Below are positions 30,524 to 39,452 of a DNA stretch of 64,000 bases, one piece after another. The stretch's first letter is position 1; each line of letters begins with the position of its first letter. Origin of the DNA: Nitrospirota bacterium (GTDB lineage: Bacteria > Nitrospirota > UBA9217); NCBI GenBank assembly GCA_963737155.1, contig CAVTRN010000002.1:1408001-1472000 (forward strand), read 5' to 3'. The notes beneath the pieces are model-generated. The model had not been told where the DNA came from. It saw nothing but the letters and a program-made list of their open reading frames with translations, and searched no databases. The position numbers and the translations under genes are program-made.

Positions 30524-31015
30524 ATGATTGTTTTTATACGCATAGACGACCGCCTTATTCACGGGCAGGTTGTGGAGGGTTGGGTGAACTATCTGAAGGC
30601 ATCTTGCCTCCTTGTTGCCGACGATGCCGTCGCTTCAAACACGCTTCAGCGTTCTATCATGGAATTGGCGGTCCCGCAAGGGCTGAAGGTGATGATTGGC
30701 CCGGTGGAGGAAATTTGCAGGCGGCTGCGGACCCCGGAGCTGGATGCCGAACGGATCATGCTGCTGTTCTCCAACCCCGCCGACGTTCTCCGTGCGATCA
30801 AGGCGGGGATGGAGTGCCGCTCCCTGAACGTCGGCGGATTGCACTTCATCCCGGGCAAGCGCAAGCTTATGGATGTACTTGCGGTGAATGAAGAGGACTT
30901 GGATGCACTCAGAGAGATCGTCGGTAAAGGGATTAAAATCGATATTCAGACAGTGCCCACTCAACGTCCGATTCCACTCAGGAAAATTCTTGATGCCTGC
31001 GCGATAAAGAAATAA
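30524..31015 (+). CDS. PTS mannose/sorbose-family EIIB
   Basis: RIDDRLIHGQV, LNVGG. Confidence 0.92.
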   Translation: MIVFIRIDDRLIHGQVVEGWVNYLKASCLLVADDAVASNTLQRSIMELAVPQGLKVMIGPVEEICRRLRTPELDAERIMLLFSNPADVLRAIKAGMECRSLNVGGLHFIPGKRKLMDVLAVNEEDLDALREIVGKGIKIDIQTVPTQRPIPLRKILDACAIKK

Positions 31016-31032
31016 GTAAGTACAACTTGCAA

Positions 31033-31154
31033 TTCCCCGTGGTTTGCTGCAGGGTCACCGCATAGAGGGAAGAGTTTGAGAAACCGCCGGCTTCTCATAA
31101 GATAATCATCTTCCTTTTTATAGATACCCCGCAACTTGTTGCAGGAGGTTCATT
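31033..31154. mobile_element. Small non-autonomous palindromic element (IS200/IS605-end or REP-like)
   Basis: Two related imperfect palindromes CCCCGTGGTTTGCTGCAGGG and CCCCGCAACTTGTTGCAGG flanking a central stem, no ORF. Confidence 0.55.
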
Positions 31155-31204
31155 GAGCAGAGTTTGGAGTAAGGAGTACTGAAGGGGTTTGAAGGGGTAT
31201 TTCG

Positions 31205-31981
31205 ATGGCGGCGTTTAATATGCATACTGTTCTGGCAGTTCTCGGGATTGCGTTCGTCGGCGGGGCCATTGGACTCGACCGGACCGCAGCTGGCCAGTTT
31301 ATGATTTCCCAGCCCATCGTTGCCGGTCCCCTTACGGGGTGGATGCTTGGAGAACCCACAGCGGGGATTATTGTTGGAGCAACGCTAGAACTGATATGGG
31401 TTCTCGATATGCCGGTCGGAACTTTTGTTCCCGCGGACGCGACAATCGGGACGGTATCGGCAACGGCCATTGCGGCCCTCGGTGCCCCATCTGGCGCGCC
31501 GCTCCCTCTTATCGGCTTCAGCATACTTTTGTCAACGGCGATGGTGACAATGACCATGAAGGCTGAAGGGTTGGTACGAACCTGGAATTCACAGTTCACC
31601 GAAAAAGCGTTGTCTACATCAGGTCCGAATACAGGACCCGCGTTATTTCGTGCTCAGTCTTTAGGGCTTGCGCTGTTTTATCTGAAATCGTTTGTTCTTT
31701 ATTGTATCTTTATTCCCTTGGGGCTTGCGGCAACTGGGTTGTACAGGAATTTGCCGGATGCATTCCCGAGAGCATTGTCGTTGTTTGTCAAGCTGCTCCC
31801 CCTTTTGGGAGTGGCGTTGGTTGTGCGCAAAATCACAGTGAAGACATTCGATCAGTATGTTCTGGTCGGTTTTGCGACTGCTGTTCTTTTCGCAATGTTG
31901 ATACATGCTCCCGACTTTGTCGTGCTGCTCACGGCAGCCGTGGGGTGGATAGGAGCTAGGTACAGTGAACGGCAATCGTGA
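31205..31981 (+). CDS. PTS mannose-family EIIC
   Basis: QFMISQPIVAGPLTG..LG..TAGIIVGATLELIW, multiple TM helices. Confidence 0.88.
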   Translation: MAAFNMHTVLAVLGIAFVGGAIGLDRTAAGQFMISQPIVAGPLTGWMLGEPTAGIIVGATLELIWVLDMPVGTFVPADATIGTVSATAIAALGAPSGAPLPLIGFSILLSTAMVTMTMKAEGLVRTWNSQFTEKALSTSGPNTGPALFRAQSLGLALFYLKSFVLYCIFIPLGLAATGLYRNLPDAFPRALSLFVKLLPLLGVALVVRKITVKTFDQYVLVGFATAVLFAMLIHAPDFVVLLTAAVGWIGARYSERQS

Positions 31982-32744
31982 TACAATTGGTATTCGCGAT
32001 CTCCTCGTCGCATTTGTGAGAGCTTTATTTCTGCAGGCGTCGTGGAGTTTCGAGCGAATGCAAACTACGGGATTTGCCTACGCGATAGAACCGGCGCTCA
32101 AAAAACTCTATCCAGATCCGGCCGAATATGAAAGCAGGGTGAAGCTGCACATGGAATATTTTAATACTCAGCCTTACTTTGCTTCTTTTATACTAGGAGC
32201 GGCAATTAGGCTGGAACAGGACAGGGCATTAGGTCGGAATGCGGCGACTGATGTTTCAGGCCTCAAAGCGGCGCTTATGGCTCCTCTCGGTGCCCTCGGC
32301 GATAGTTTTTTCTGGGGTGCGCTCATGCCGATGGCTGCCGTGGCCGCGGTAGCCGTTGCGATTGTCGGTTCGTGGTGGGCGCCTGTTCTCTTCCTTGTCC
32401 TGTTCAATATTTGGCATCTCGGACTCAGGTTGGGCATGATGTTCTGGGGATATAGCAGCGGTGGAGATGCTGTTGCTCTTATGGCGCGATATCGCTTCAC
32501 GAAAATGGCCAAGCGCTTTAAAGTGATGTCGCTCGCCATGGTCGGCGGCATACTGGGTATGATACCGCTGTGGAGGGTGGAGTTCCGCCTCCCGTTGAGC
32601 AACCGGCCTGTGGCGCAGACTCTGTCCGGTTTATTCATAACACTGGTTTTAGTCGCAATCATGCGGAGAGGCGGCTCTCCGGTAAAACTCATGCTCGGGT
32701 TGGCCGTCTTCTGTCTTGCCCTGGCGTACGCGGGAGTAATTTAA
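31965..32744 (+). CDS. PTS mannose-family EIID
   Basis: QASWSFERMQ, FNTQPY, MAPLGALGDSFFW. Confidence 0.9.
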   Translation: MNGNRDTIGIRDLLVAFVRALFLQASWSFERMQTTGFAYAIEPALKKLYPDPAEYESRVKLHMEYFNTQPYFASFILGAAIRLEQDRALGRNAATDVSGLKAALMAPLGALGDSFFWGALMPMAAVAAVAVAIVGSWWAPVLFLVLFNIWHLGLRLGMMFWGYSSGGDAVALMARYRFTKMAKRFKVMSLAMVGGILGMIPLWRVEFRLPLSNRPVAQTLSGLFITLVLVAIMRRGGSPVKLMLGLAVFCLALAYAGVI

Positions 32745-33013
32745 TGAAGGAAAAAGAGCTCTTAATCGAAAACAAACTTGGCCTCCATGCGCGTGCAGCA
32801 GCACAGATCGTGAAAACAGCGAGTGCTTATTCGTCAAAGATCACCTTGGTGAAGGACGGTATGGAAATCGATGGCAAGAGCATCATGGGGATAATGATGC
32901 TTGCTGCGGGAAAAGGGAGCTCGGTATTGGTTATGGTGCGTGGCGAAGATGAAGAGAATGCCGTGGCAGGCCTTGAGAAACTGTTTAAGGAAAAATTCGG
33001 GGAGAAGGAATAG
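32744..33013 (+). CDS. ptsH: Phosphocarrier protein HPr
   Basis: GLHARAA (His15), DGKSIMG (Ser46); ATG overlaps the EIID stop. Confidence 0.95.
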   Translation: MKEKELLIENKLGLHARAAAQIVKTASAYSSKITLVKDGMEIDGKSIMGIMMLAAGKGSSVLVMVRGEDEENAVAGLEKLFKEKFGEKE

Positions 33014-33157
33014 AAAATTGATAAACTGTAGTTGGCAGACAATAGATGGACCTAATTGATAACGTTCAGAACATCGTTAACTATCAAGTACTTAGTACCT
33101 AAAGCTGAATATTGAGTAGACGATAAGGAACAACAGCGAAAAGGCAGGATCACAACA

Positions 33158-34912
33158 ATGCATGAAAAGATATATAAAGGCATTGTCGCATCACCGGGGA
33201 TCGTAATCGGTAGGGCCTATGTCCTCGACCGGCGAAAGGTGGTTGTAGCAGGTCGCCGGATTGAAGACGTCAGCGTCAAGGACGAGGTCGTGCGGTTCAA
33301 AAAAGCGCTGGAGGTTTCGAAGTCTCAGCTCGAAGATCTGAAAAAACGCATACCTAAGGGCCTTGGTAAATCCCACCTCTATATTTTGGAAACCCTCATT
33401 ATGTTGCTTGAGGACAAAATGCTTGTCGACGGGACGGTCAAGCGGATTAAGGAATCGTTCCTCAACGCCGAAGGAGCGCTCAAGGAGATAATCGCCGAAA
33501 TTAGCCTTAAATTCGACACTATCGAAGATGAATACCTTCGCGATCGCAAGCACGACGTCGAACAGGTCGGCGAGCGTGTTCTGCGCAACCTCGTTGGCCG
33601 CAAACAGGAGAGCCTTGCGGAAATCAACGAGGAAGCGATCATCATAGCGCACGACCTGGCTCCGACCGACACCCTTCTGATGCGTAAAGACAAGATCCTC
33701 GGTTTTGCCACCGATGCAGGCAGTCGAACATCCCATACTGCCATCCTGGCGCGCTCACTCGGCATTCCCGCAGCGGTTGGTCTCGAGAATATCACTGCGT
33801 CGGTAAAAACCGGAGATGTCGTCATTATTGACGGTATGCACGGAGTGGTGATTATTGATCCTGACGAGGAAACGTTCCTTGACTACCTCAAGAAACAGAG
33901 AAAATACAAATATTTCGAACAGGAGCTTGAGAAGCTCAAAACACTTCCCGCTATAACTATTGATGGTCATGTTGTTCAACTAGAAGGCAACATTGAATTA
34001 CCTGAGGAAGCGACATCCGCGGCCGAACACGGAGGAACGGGCATCGGGCTCTATCGGACGGAGTTTCTGTTCCTAAACCGTCAATCATTTCCAACCGAGG
34101 AGGAACACTACAACGCCTATCGTCAGGTTGCAGAGCGCGCGGCTCCCCATGAAGTTGTTATTCGCACACTCGACGTGGGGGGCGATAAAATCGGATTGTT
34201 CAACGAATTCGAGAAAGAGGCCAATCCCGCGCTCGGTTTGCGCGCAATCAGATTCTGTCTTCAAAAAAGTGATGTCTTCCGTATTCAGCTTCGCGGCATA
34301 CTTCGGGCAGCAGTCCATGGAAACATCAAGATGCTGATTCCCATGATATCAGGTCTGACGGAGATTTACGAAACGAAAAAGCTGCTCGAAGCGGTGAAGG
34401 CCGAGCTTCGGTCTGAGGGGAGCCGATTTCACGAATCGGTGCCGATCGGAGTCATGATCGAGATCCCTTCGGCGGCCCTGATTGCCGATCTTCTTGCAAA
34501 AGAAGTCGATTTTTTCAGCGTCGGTACAAACGACCTCATTCAGTACACGCTCGCCATAGACCGCCAGAATGAGCATGTCGCTTACATGTATGAGCCGCTG
34601 GATCCGGCAGTGCTCCGGCTGCTCAAGTACGTGGCCGACGCGGCGAAAGCGGCAAACATACCCCTTGCCATGTGCGGTGAGATGGCGGGCGACCCCCTCT
34701 ATGCCGCGATTCTTCTCGGTATTGGATTTCAGCAACTTAGCATGAACGTGGCGTCAATACCCTGGGTCAAGAAGGTTGTACGGTCGGTTCGCATGCAGGA
34801 CGCCATCGAACTCGCCTCTCTAGTGATGCTGCAACCGACGGCCACAATCGCCAGGAAAAAGGCTGAAAGTTTTATGGAAGAGCGTTTCCCAGACTTGGCT
34901 GCCGAGCTTTAG
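33158..34912 (+). CDS. ptsI: PTS enzyme I
   Basis: TSHTAILAR, GLYRTEF, RTLDVGGDK, NPALGLRAIR, SVGTNDLIQY, CGEMAG; no N-terminal GAF. Confidence 0.96.
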   Translation: MHEKIYKGIVASPGIVIGRAYVLDRRKVVVAGRRIEDVSVKDEVVRFKKALEVSKSQLEDLKKRIPKGLGKSHLYILETLIMLLEDKMLVDGTVKRIKESFLNAEGALKEIIAEISLKFDTIEDEYLRDRKHDVEQVGERVLRNLVGRKQESLAEINEEAIIIAHDLAPTDTLLMRKDKILGFATDAGSRTSHTAILARSLGIPAAVGLENITASVKTGDVVIIDGMHGVVIIDPDEETFLDYLKKQRKYKYFEQELEKLKTLPAITIDGHVVQLEGNIELPEEATSAAEHGGTGIGLYRTEFLFLNRQSFPTEEEHYNAYRQVAERAAPHEVVIRTLDVGGDKIGLFNEFEKEANPALGLRAIRFCLQKSDVFRIQLRGILRAAVHGNIKMLIPMISGLTEIYETKKLLEAVKAELRSEGSRFHESVPIGVMIEIPSAALIADLLAKEVDFFSVGTNDLIQYTLAIDRQNEHVAYMYEPLDPAVLRLLKYVADAAKAANIPLAMCGEMAGDPLYAAILLGIGFQQLSMNVASIPWVKKVVRSVRMQDAIELASLVMLQPTATIARKKAESFMEERFPDLAAEL

Positions 34913-34964
34913 GAACCATCTTAACATTCCTGCTTCAGAAGAATTAATATACGAGGAGTAATAC

Positions 34965-36092
34965 GTGCAAAATATGGAATACCATGTCGAAAGCTTCGTG
35001 AAAGAAGACAGCAGTTTCTTGCGAGCAGGACGGGCTCACGGCGGAAATATCTATGAAGCAGCGAAACGATTCGGCTTGGACGTCAAAAAGATTATTGATT
35101 TCAGCTCGAATGTAAACCCGTTTGGCCCTTCATCCATGGCGATGCGGGCGGCACGGAGGTCTCTCTCCATCACAAACCGTTATCCCGACCCGGATATGAT
35201 GGACCTTCGTCGTGCGATTGCGCGCTATTATGGAATCAAGGCCGAACAGGTCGCCTGCGGCAACGGGTCGAGCGGGCTCATTCATCTCATCCCACGCGTT
35301 TTCAAACCAAGCAAAGTTCTTATCCCGATCCCGACTTTTTCGGAATACGCCTCTGCAGCACGGGATGCCAACTGTGAGGTGAAGCCCTTTCCTCTCAAGG
35401 AGCGTGACGGTTTCCGGATGGACCCTGTTGAGATGTCCTTTGCCCTAAAGGGTGTGGATATGGCTTTTCTGTGTAATCCGAACAATCCAACCGGCCAAAT
35501 TGTTTCGAAGCAAGAGATGCTGGAGGTCATGAGTTATGCGCTCCAACAAGGTACAACGCTGGTTATCGACGAAGCCTTCATGGACTTCCTTGAGTCTGAA
35601 TCAATGGCCAAGGAAGCAGTGCAGGCATCGAAAATCATCTGTCTACGGGCGTTCGCAAATTTTTTTGGCATGCCGGGACTTCGTGTAGGTTATGCCATAT
35701 CCGATGAAACGACTATTGCGGAGCTGCGGGAATTTCAGGAACCCTGGACTGTCAATATCCCGGCAGAGCGCGCCGCAATCGCCGCGCTCGATGATTGGGA
35801 CTATATCAAGAAGACCAGGCGCGTTATAGGGATTGAGCGCGACCGCATGTTGTCGGCGCTACGTTTGTTGCCCGGTGTAGAAACCTACCACGGTTCTGCG
35901 AATTTTATCTTGTTCAAACTTGTCTCGGGAGATGCGCACACGCTGATACAAAAACTAGGATACCGCGGTATGCTGGTGCGTGATTGTACCGGATTTCCCG
36001 GTCTGGATAGCTGCTTTATCCGTGTTGCGATTAGGACCCGCCGCGAGAATAATCGTTTGATTAAGGCGCTGCGAGAACTGTTGATCCCATGA
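34965..36092 (+). CDS. CobD/HisC-like PLP-fold protein (threonine-phosphate decarboxylase-like); PLP lysine appears substituted
   Basis: HGGN, DFSSNVNP, YPDP, CNPNNPTG, DEAFMDF, GLRVGY, PWTVN; LRAFANFF where LRSxTKFF is expected. Confidence 0.8.
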   Translation: MQNMEYHVESFVKEDSSFLRAGRAHGGNIYEAAKRFGLDVKKIIDFSSNVNPFGPSSMAMRAARRSLSITNRYPDPDMMDLRRAIARYYGIKAEQVACGNGSSGLIHLIPRVFKPSKVLIPIPTFSEYASAARDANCEVKPFPLKERDGFRMDPVEMSFALKGVDMAFLCNPNNPTGQIVSKQEMLEVMSYALQQGTTLVIDEAFMDFLESESMAKEAVQASKIICLRAFANFFGMPGLRVGYAISDETTIAELREFQEPWTVNIPAERAAIAALDDWDYIKKTRRVIGIERDRMLSALRLLPGVETYHGSANFILFKLVSGDAHTLIQKLGYRGMLVRDCTGFPGLDSCFIRVAIRTRRENNRLIKALRELLIP

Positions 36093-36467
36093 CAGCAGGT
36101 CCAAAACCGGGTTGTGTACATGGTAGTTGAACCCCGATGCGGCTGTGATTGAATTATTAAACGAGCCGGGACCGATCAAGCCGGGGGGTGTTGATTCACC
36201 ATATTTCTCGGACGCCTTTCACGCCGAAGCGGGACTGCAGTAGACAACAAAAAAACATTTTGCAAAATGAATACCTCTGTGATAGAGTAATTCGAAATGT
36301 GTGAAATTATGATGAATTTACTGCGCTATACGATGAAACTGTTTGATGTAGATTTATTTGCATACATGCATCATCAAATGCTCGGTTCAGGCGGAACAAA
36401 AGCTCAATAATATTTTTCACCACCTCGACAGTACACTGCCGGACCGATGAAGGTTGGAGGATTGAAG

Positions 36468-36665
36468 ATGGAGCCGATTATGTGCCCCTTTTGCGGAGGC
36501 ACGAATCTCTTTCAAGAAGATGATTACAGTCTCGAGCTTGATTATGAATACTGGACTATACACCACTGGGAGTGTCTGGATTGCGCGCAGTCGTTCGACA
36601 AAATAGAGATTTTGCCGGCGTCAAATTCTTTCGAGGCGATCAATAATGAGAGCACCATTCACTGA
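36468..36665 (+). CDS. Small acidic zinc-ribbon protein
   Basis: CPFCG...ECLDC pair, GGAGG RBS before ATG 36468. Confidence 0.6.
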   Translation: MEPIMCPFCGGTNLFQEDDYSLELDYEYWTIHHWECLDCAQSFDKIEILPASNSFEAINNESTIH

Positions 36666-37823
36666 GCAGGGCATCGATACTTCCCATTCTCCGACCGCCG
36701 TGTTATCTGCCGCCAGCCGTCCCACAGCTGCCGTGATCAATCTTGGAGCTCTTGAACACAATTTTAATGAAGTTGTTCGACGCGCCGCGGGTAGAAAAAT
36801 CCTGGCCGTTGTCAAAGCGCAGGCTTATGGGCACGGCGCAGTAGCTGTATCCAGGCGCCTCCTGGGGCTTGGCGCTTCTATGCTCGCGGTTGCCCTAGTT
36901 GAAGAGGGGATGGAACTTCGCCGTGCCGGCATTGACGCTCCGATTTTGGTGATGGGTGCATTGTTTCCGGAACAGGCCGAGACACTTGCGGCGCTACGAT
37001 TGACGCCAGTTGTTTTCACCATGGATACCGCCCGAGCGTTATCCCGTGCGGCGCAAAAGGTGAAGACAACGGTTTCCGTACATGTGAAAATCGATACTGG
37101 CATGGGCAGAATCGGCATAGCGCCCGAGGAGGCCCCTGAATTCGTTACGCTGCTCCGAAGACTTTCGGGCATAGACGTTCAGGGTTTGATGACGCATTTT
37201 GCCGATGCCGATCTTCGCGAAAAAGAGTTCGCGTCTCAACAGATGGGCCGCTTCGGCGCTCTCGTGCGAAAACTGTCGGAAAGTGGCATACCAGTACCGC
37301 TGATCCATGCAGCAAACAGCGCTGCAGTACTCGATTATCAGCAGGCGCTATTTACGATGGTCAGGCCCGGCCTGATGCTCTATGGGTATAATCCGTTTGA
37401 GACCGGGGCCACGCAGGTTGATCTCTTGCCTGTTCTGTCGCTCGTGACGCGTATAGCCTTTCTCAAAAAGGTCGCCACCGGCATCCCCATCAGCTACGGG
37501 CGGACGTTTGTCACCCAGCGCGAGAGCCTCATTGCAACGCTGCCGATTGGGTATGCAGATGGGTTCAGCAGGGGACTTTCGAACAAGGGTGAAGTGCTGG
37601 TAAGGGGTAGAAATCTGCTCCGGTCGTCGGCCGGATATGCATGGACATGTGCATGGTGGATGTTACTGAGGTTTCCGGCGTTACCGAGGGGGACGACGTT
37701 GTGCTCATCGGAAGCCAGGGCGGAGGGCGGATCACGGCAGAGGATATCGCCGCGAAATCGGGAACCATCCCTTACGAGGTGCTCTGTGGAATCGGTAGTA
37801 GAGTCCCGAGGATTTATCTTTAA
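36646..37823 (+). pseudogene. alr: Alanine racemase with a frameshift near 37610 (or sequencing error)
   Basis: AVVKAQAYGHG, KIDTGMGRIG, SYG, GYADG in one frame; APVVGRICMDM...TIPYEVLCGIGSRVPRIY in the -1 frame from 37611. Confidence 0.85.
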
Positions 37824-38586
37824 AAGTCTGGAGTTCGTTGGCCGCAAAACCACGCTGATTATCTCCCACATCGGCGCCGTCCTTGTTTTTTCCGGACAGA
37901 CGCTCCAAGAGACCCTGAGCACCCCGTTCTACGTCAAGAACCTGGTGAAGCAGATGGAGCAGATTGGCTTTAATTCCGTCCCTGTGGTCCTCACCACCGC
38001 GCTCTCAACAGGGATGGTGCTTGCGTACCAAAGTTATACAGGGTTTAAACGCTTCGGAGCCGAGACGCTGATCGGGACGGTTGTGTCGCTCTCCATGACG
38101 CGGGAATTAGGGCCGGTGCTCACTGGGCTCATGGTTGCCGGCAGAGCAGGCGCTTCCATTGCAGCGGAGCTCGGTACCATGCGCGTGACCGAGCAAATCG
38201 ATGCGCTCTCGACGCTGGCTACGAACCCTATGAAGTATCTTGTGGTGCCACGTTTTCTTGCAAGCACCATTATGATGTTTTTCCTGACCTCGCTCGGCAT
38301 GTTCATCGGCATTACTGGCGGATATTTTGTGGGGGTTAAAGTACTCGGGACAAATCCTGTCACTTACATTAACAACAGTATCAACTATACCGAGGTTACC
38401 GACATCTGGTATGGCCTCGTAAAATCCCTGTTTTTCGGCGCCGTGGTGGGAATCATCAGTTGCTACAAGGGGTTCCACGCGGAAGGAGGCGCCGAGGGAG
38501 TGGGCAAGGCCACGACGGGCGCCGTGGTAGTCTCCTGTATGATGATTCTGATCTTGGATTATTTTCTGTCAGCGCTGTTATGGTGA
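37786..38586 (+). CDS. mlaE: MlaE family ABC permease
   Basis: RELGPVLTGLMVAGRAG, ELGTMRVTEQIDAL, GAEGVGKATT; GTG 37786 with GAGGT RBS inside the alr 3' end. Confidence 0.9.
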   Translation: MESVVESRGFIFKSLEFVGRKTTLIISHIGAVLVFSGQTLQETLSTPFYVKNLVKQMEQIGFNSVPVVLTTALSTGMVLAYQSYTGFKRFGAETLIGTVVSLSMTRELGPVLTGLMVAGRAGASIAAELGTMRVTEQIDALSTLATNPMKYLVVPRFLASTIMMFFLTSLGMFIGITGGYFVGVKVLGTNPVTYINNSINYTEVTDIWYGLVKSLFFGAVVGIISCYKGFHAEGGAEGVGKATTGAVVVSCMMILILDYFLSALLW

Positions 38587-38590
38587 CCCC

Positions 38591-39343
38591 ATGGCAATGA
38601 TCGAGGTCATCAACGTGCACAAGAATTTCGGCGATCTCCAAGTGCTCCGCGGCGTGAACCTTTCTGTGGAAAAGGGCGAGAGCATGACAGTGATCGGCGG
38701 CAGCGGCAGCGGTAAAAGTGTGCTCATAAAGCATATCATCGGGCTCCTATACCCGGAAAAAGGCCGCGTAATTGTCGATGGCCAGGTGTTGAATGACCTT
38801 GACGAACATGGCCTCAACGAAATGCGGAAAAAATTTGGCATGCTGTTCCAGATGGCAGCTCTTTTCGATTCCCTTTCTGTGTGGGAGAATGTGGGTTTTT
38901 CCCTCAAGCAGCATACCAAACTGCCGGAAAGGGAAATCAGGAAAATTGTGACCGAGAAACTGGCCCTTGTCGGACTCAAGGATGTCGAGAACAAGATGCC
39001 TTCGGAACTGTCGGGAGGCATGAAAAAGCGAGTCGGGCTTGCACGTGCCATATGTATGGATGCGGAGATCATTCTCTACGACGAGCCAACGACGGGCCTG
39101 GACCCGATCTCGGCGGATGCGATCAACGATCTGATCATCGATCTTAAGAAAAAGCTGGGTGTAACTTCCGTGGCTATTACTCATGATATGCACAGCGCAT
39201 ATAAAATATCGGACCGGATTGCCATGCTGTACAAAGGGGAAATTCTGGAAATCGGCACCCCTGACCAGATACGGAATACGACAAATCCCATTGTGCATCA
39301 ATTTATTACGGGAAGCGCTGTGGGACCGATCACGGCAGATTAG
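38591..39343 (+). CDS. mlaF: MlaF family ABC ATPase
   Basis: GGSGSGKS, MLFQ.AALFDSL, LSGGMKKR, DEPTTGLDP. Confidence 0.92.
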   Translation: MAMIEVINVHKNFGDLQVLRGVNLSVEKGESMTVIGGSGSGKSVLIKHIIGLLYPEKGRVIVDGQVLNDLDEHGLNEMRKKFGMLFQMAALFDSLSVWENVGFSLKQHTKLPEREIRKIVTEKLALVGLKDVENKMPSELSGGMKKRVGLARAICMDAEIILYDEPTTGLDPISADAINDLIIDLKKKLGVTSVAITHDMHSAYKISDRIAMLYKGEILEIGTPDQIRNTTNPIVHQFITGSAVGPITAD

Positions 39344-39452
39344 AAAATCCATTACTGTTTCAGCCCGTCGAGCTTTTTGTTTTGGCTATCACTGTTCATC
39401 TGTTGGAGAAAATCTGCTTGTCTGCAGTTGATGTCTCTTTTGGAGATTGTTC

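Noticed and set aside
36646-38586. Genuine 646-aa Alr-MlaE fusion as the primary annotation
   Set aside because: The Alr C-terminus is intact in another frame and mlaE has its own GTG and RBS
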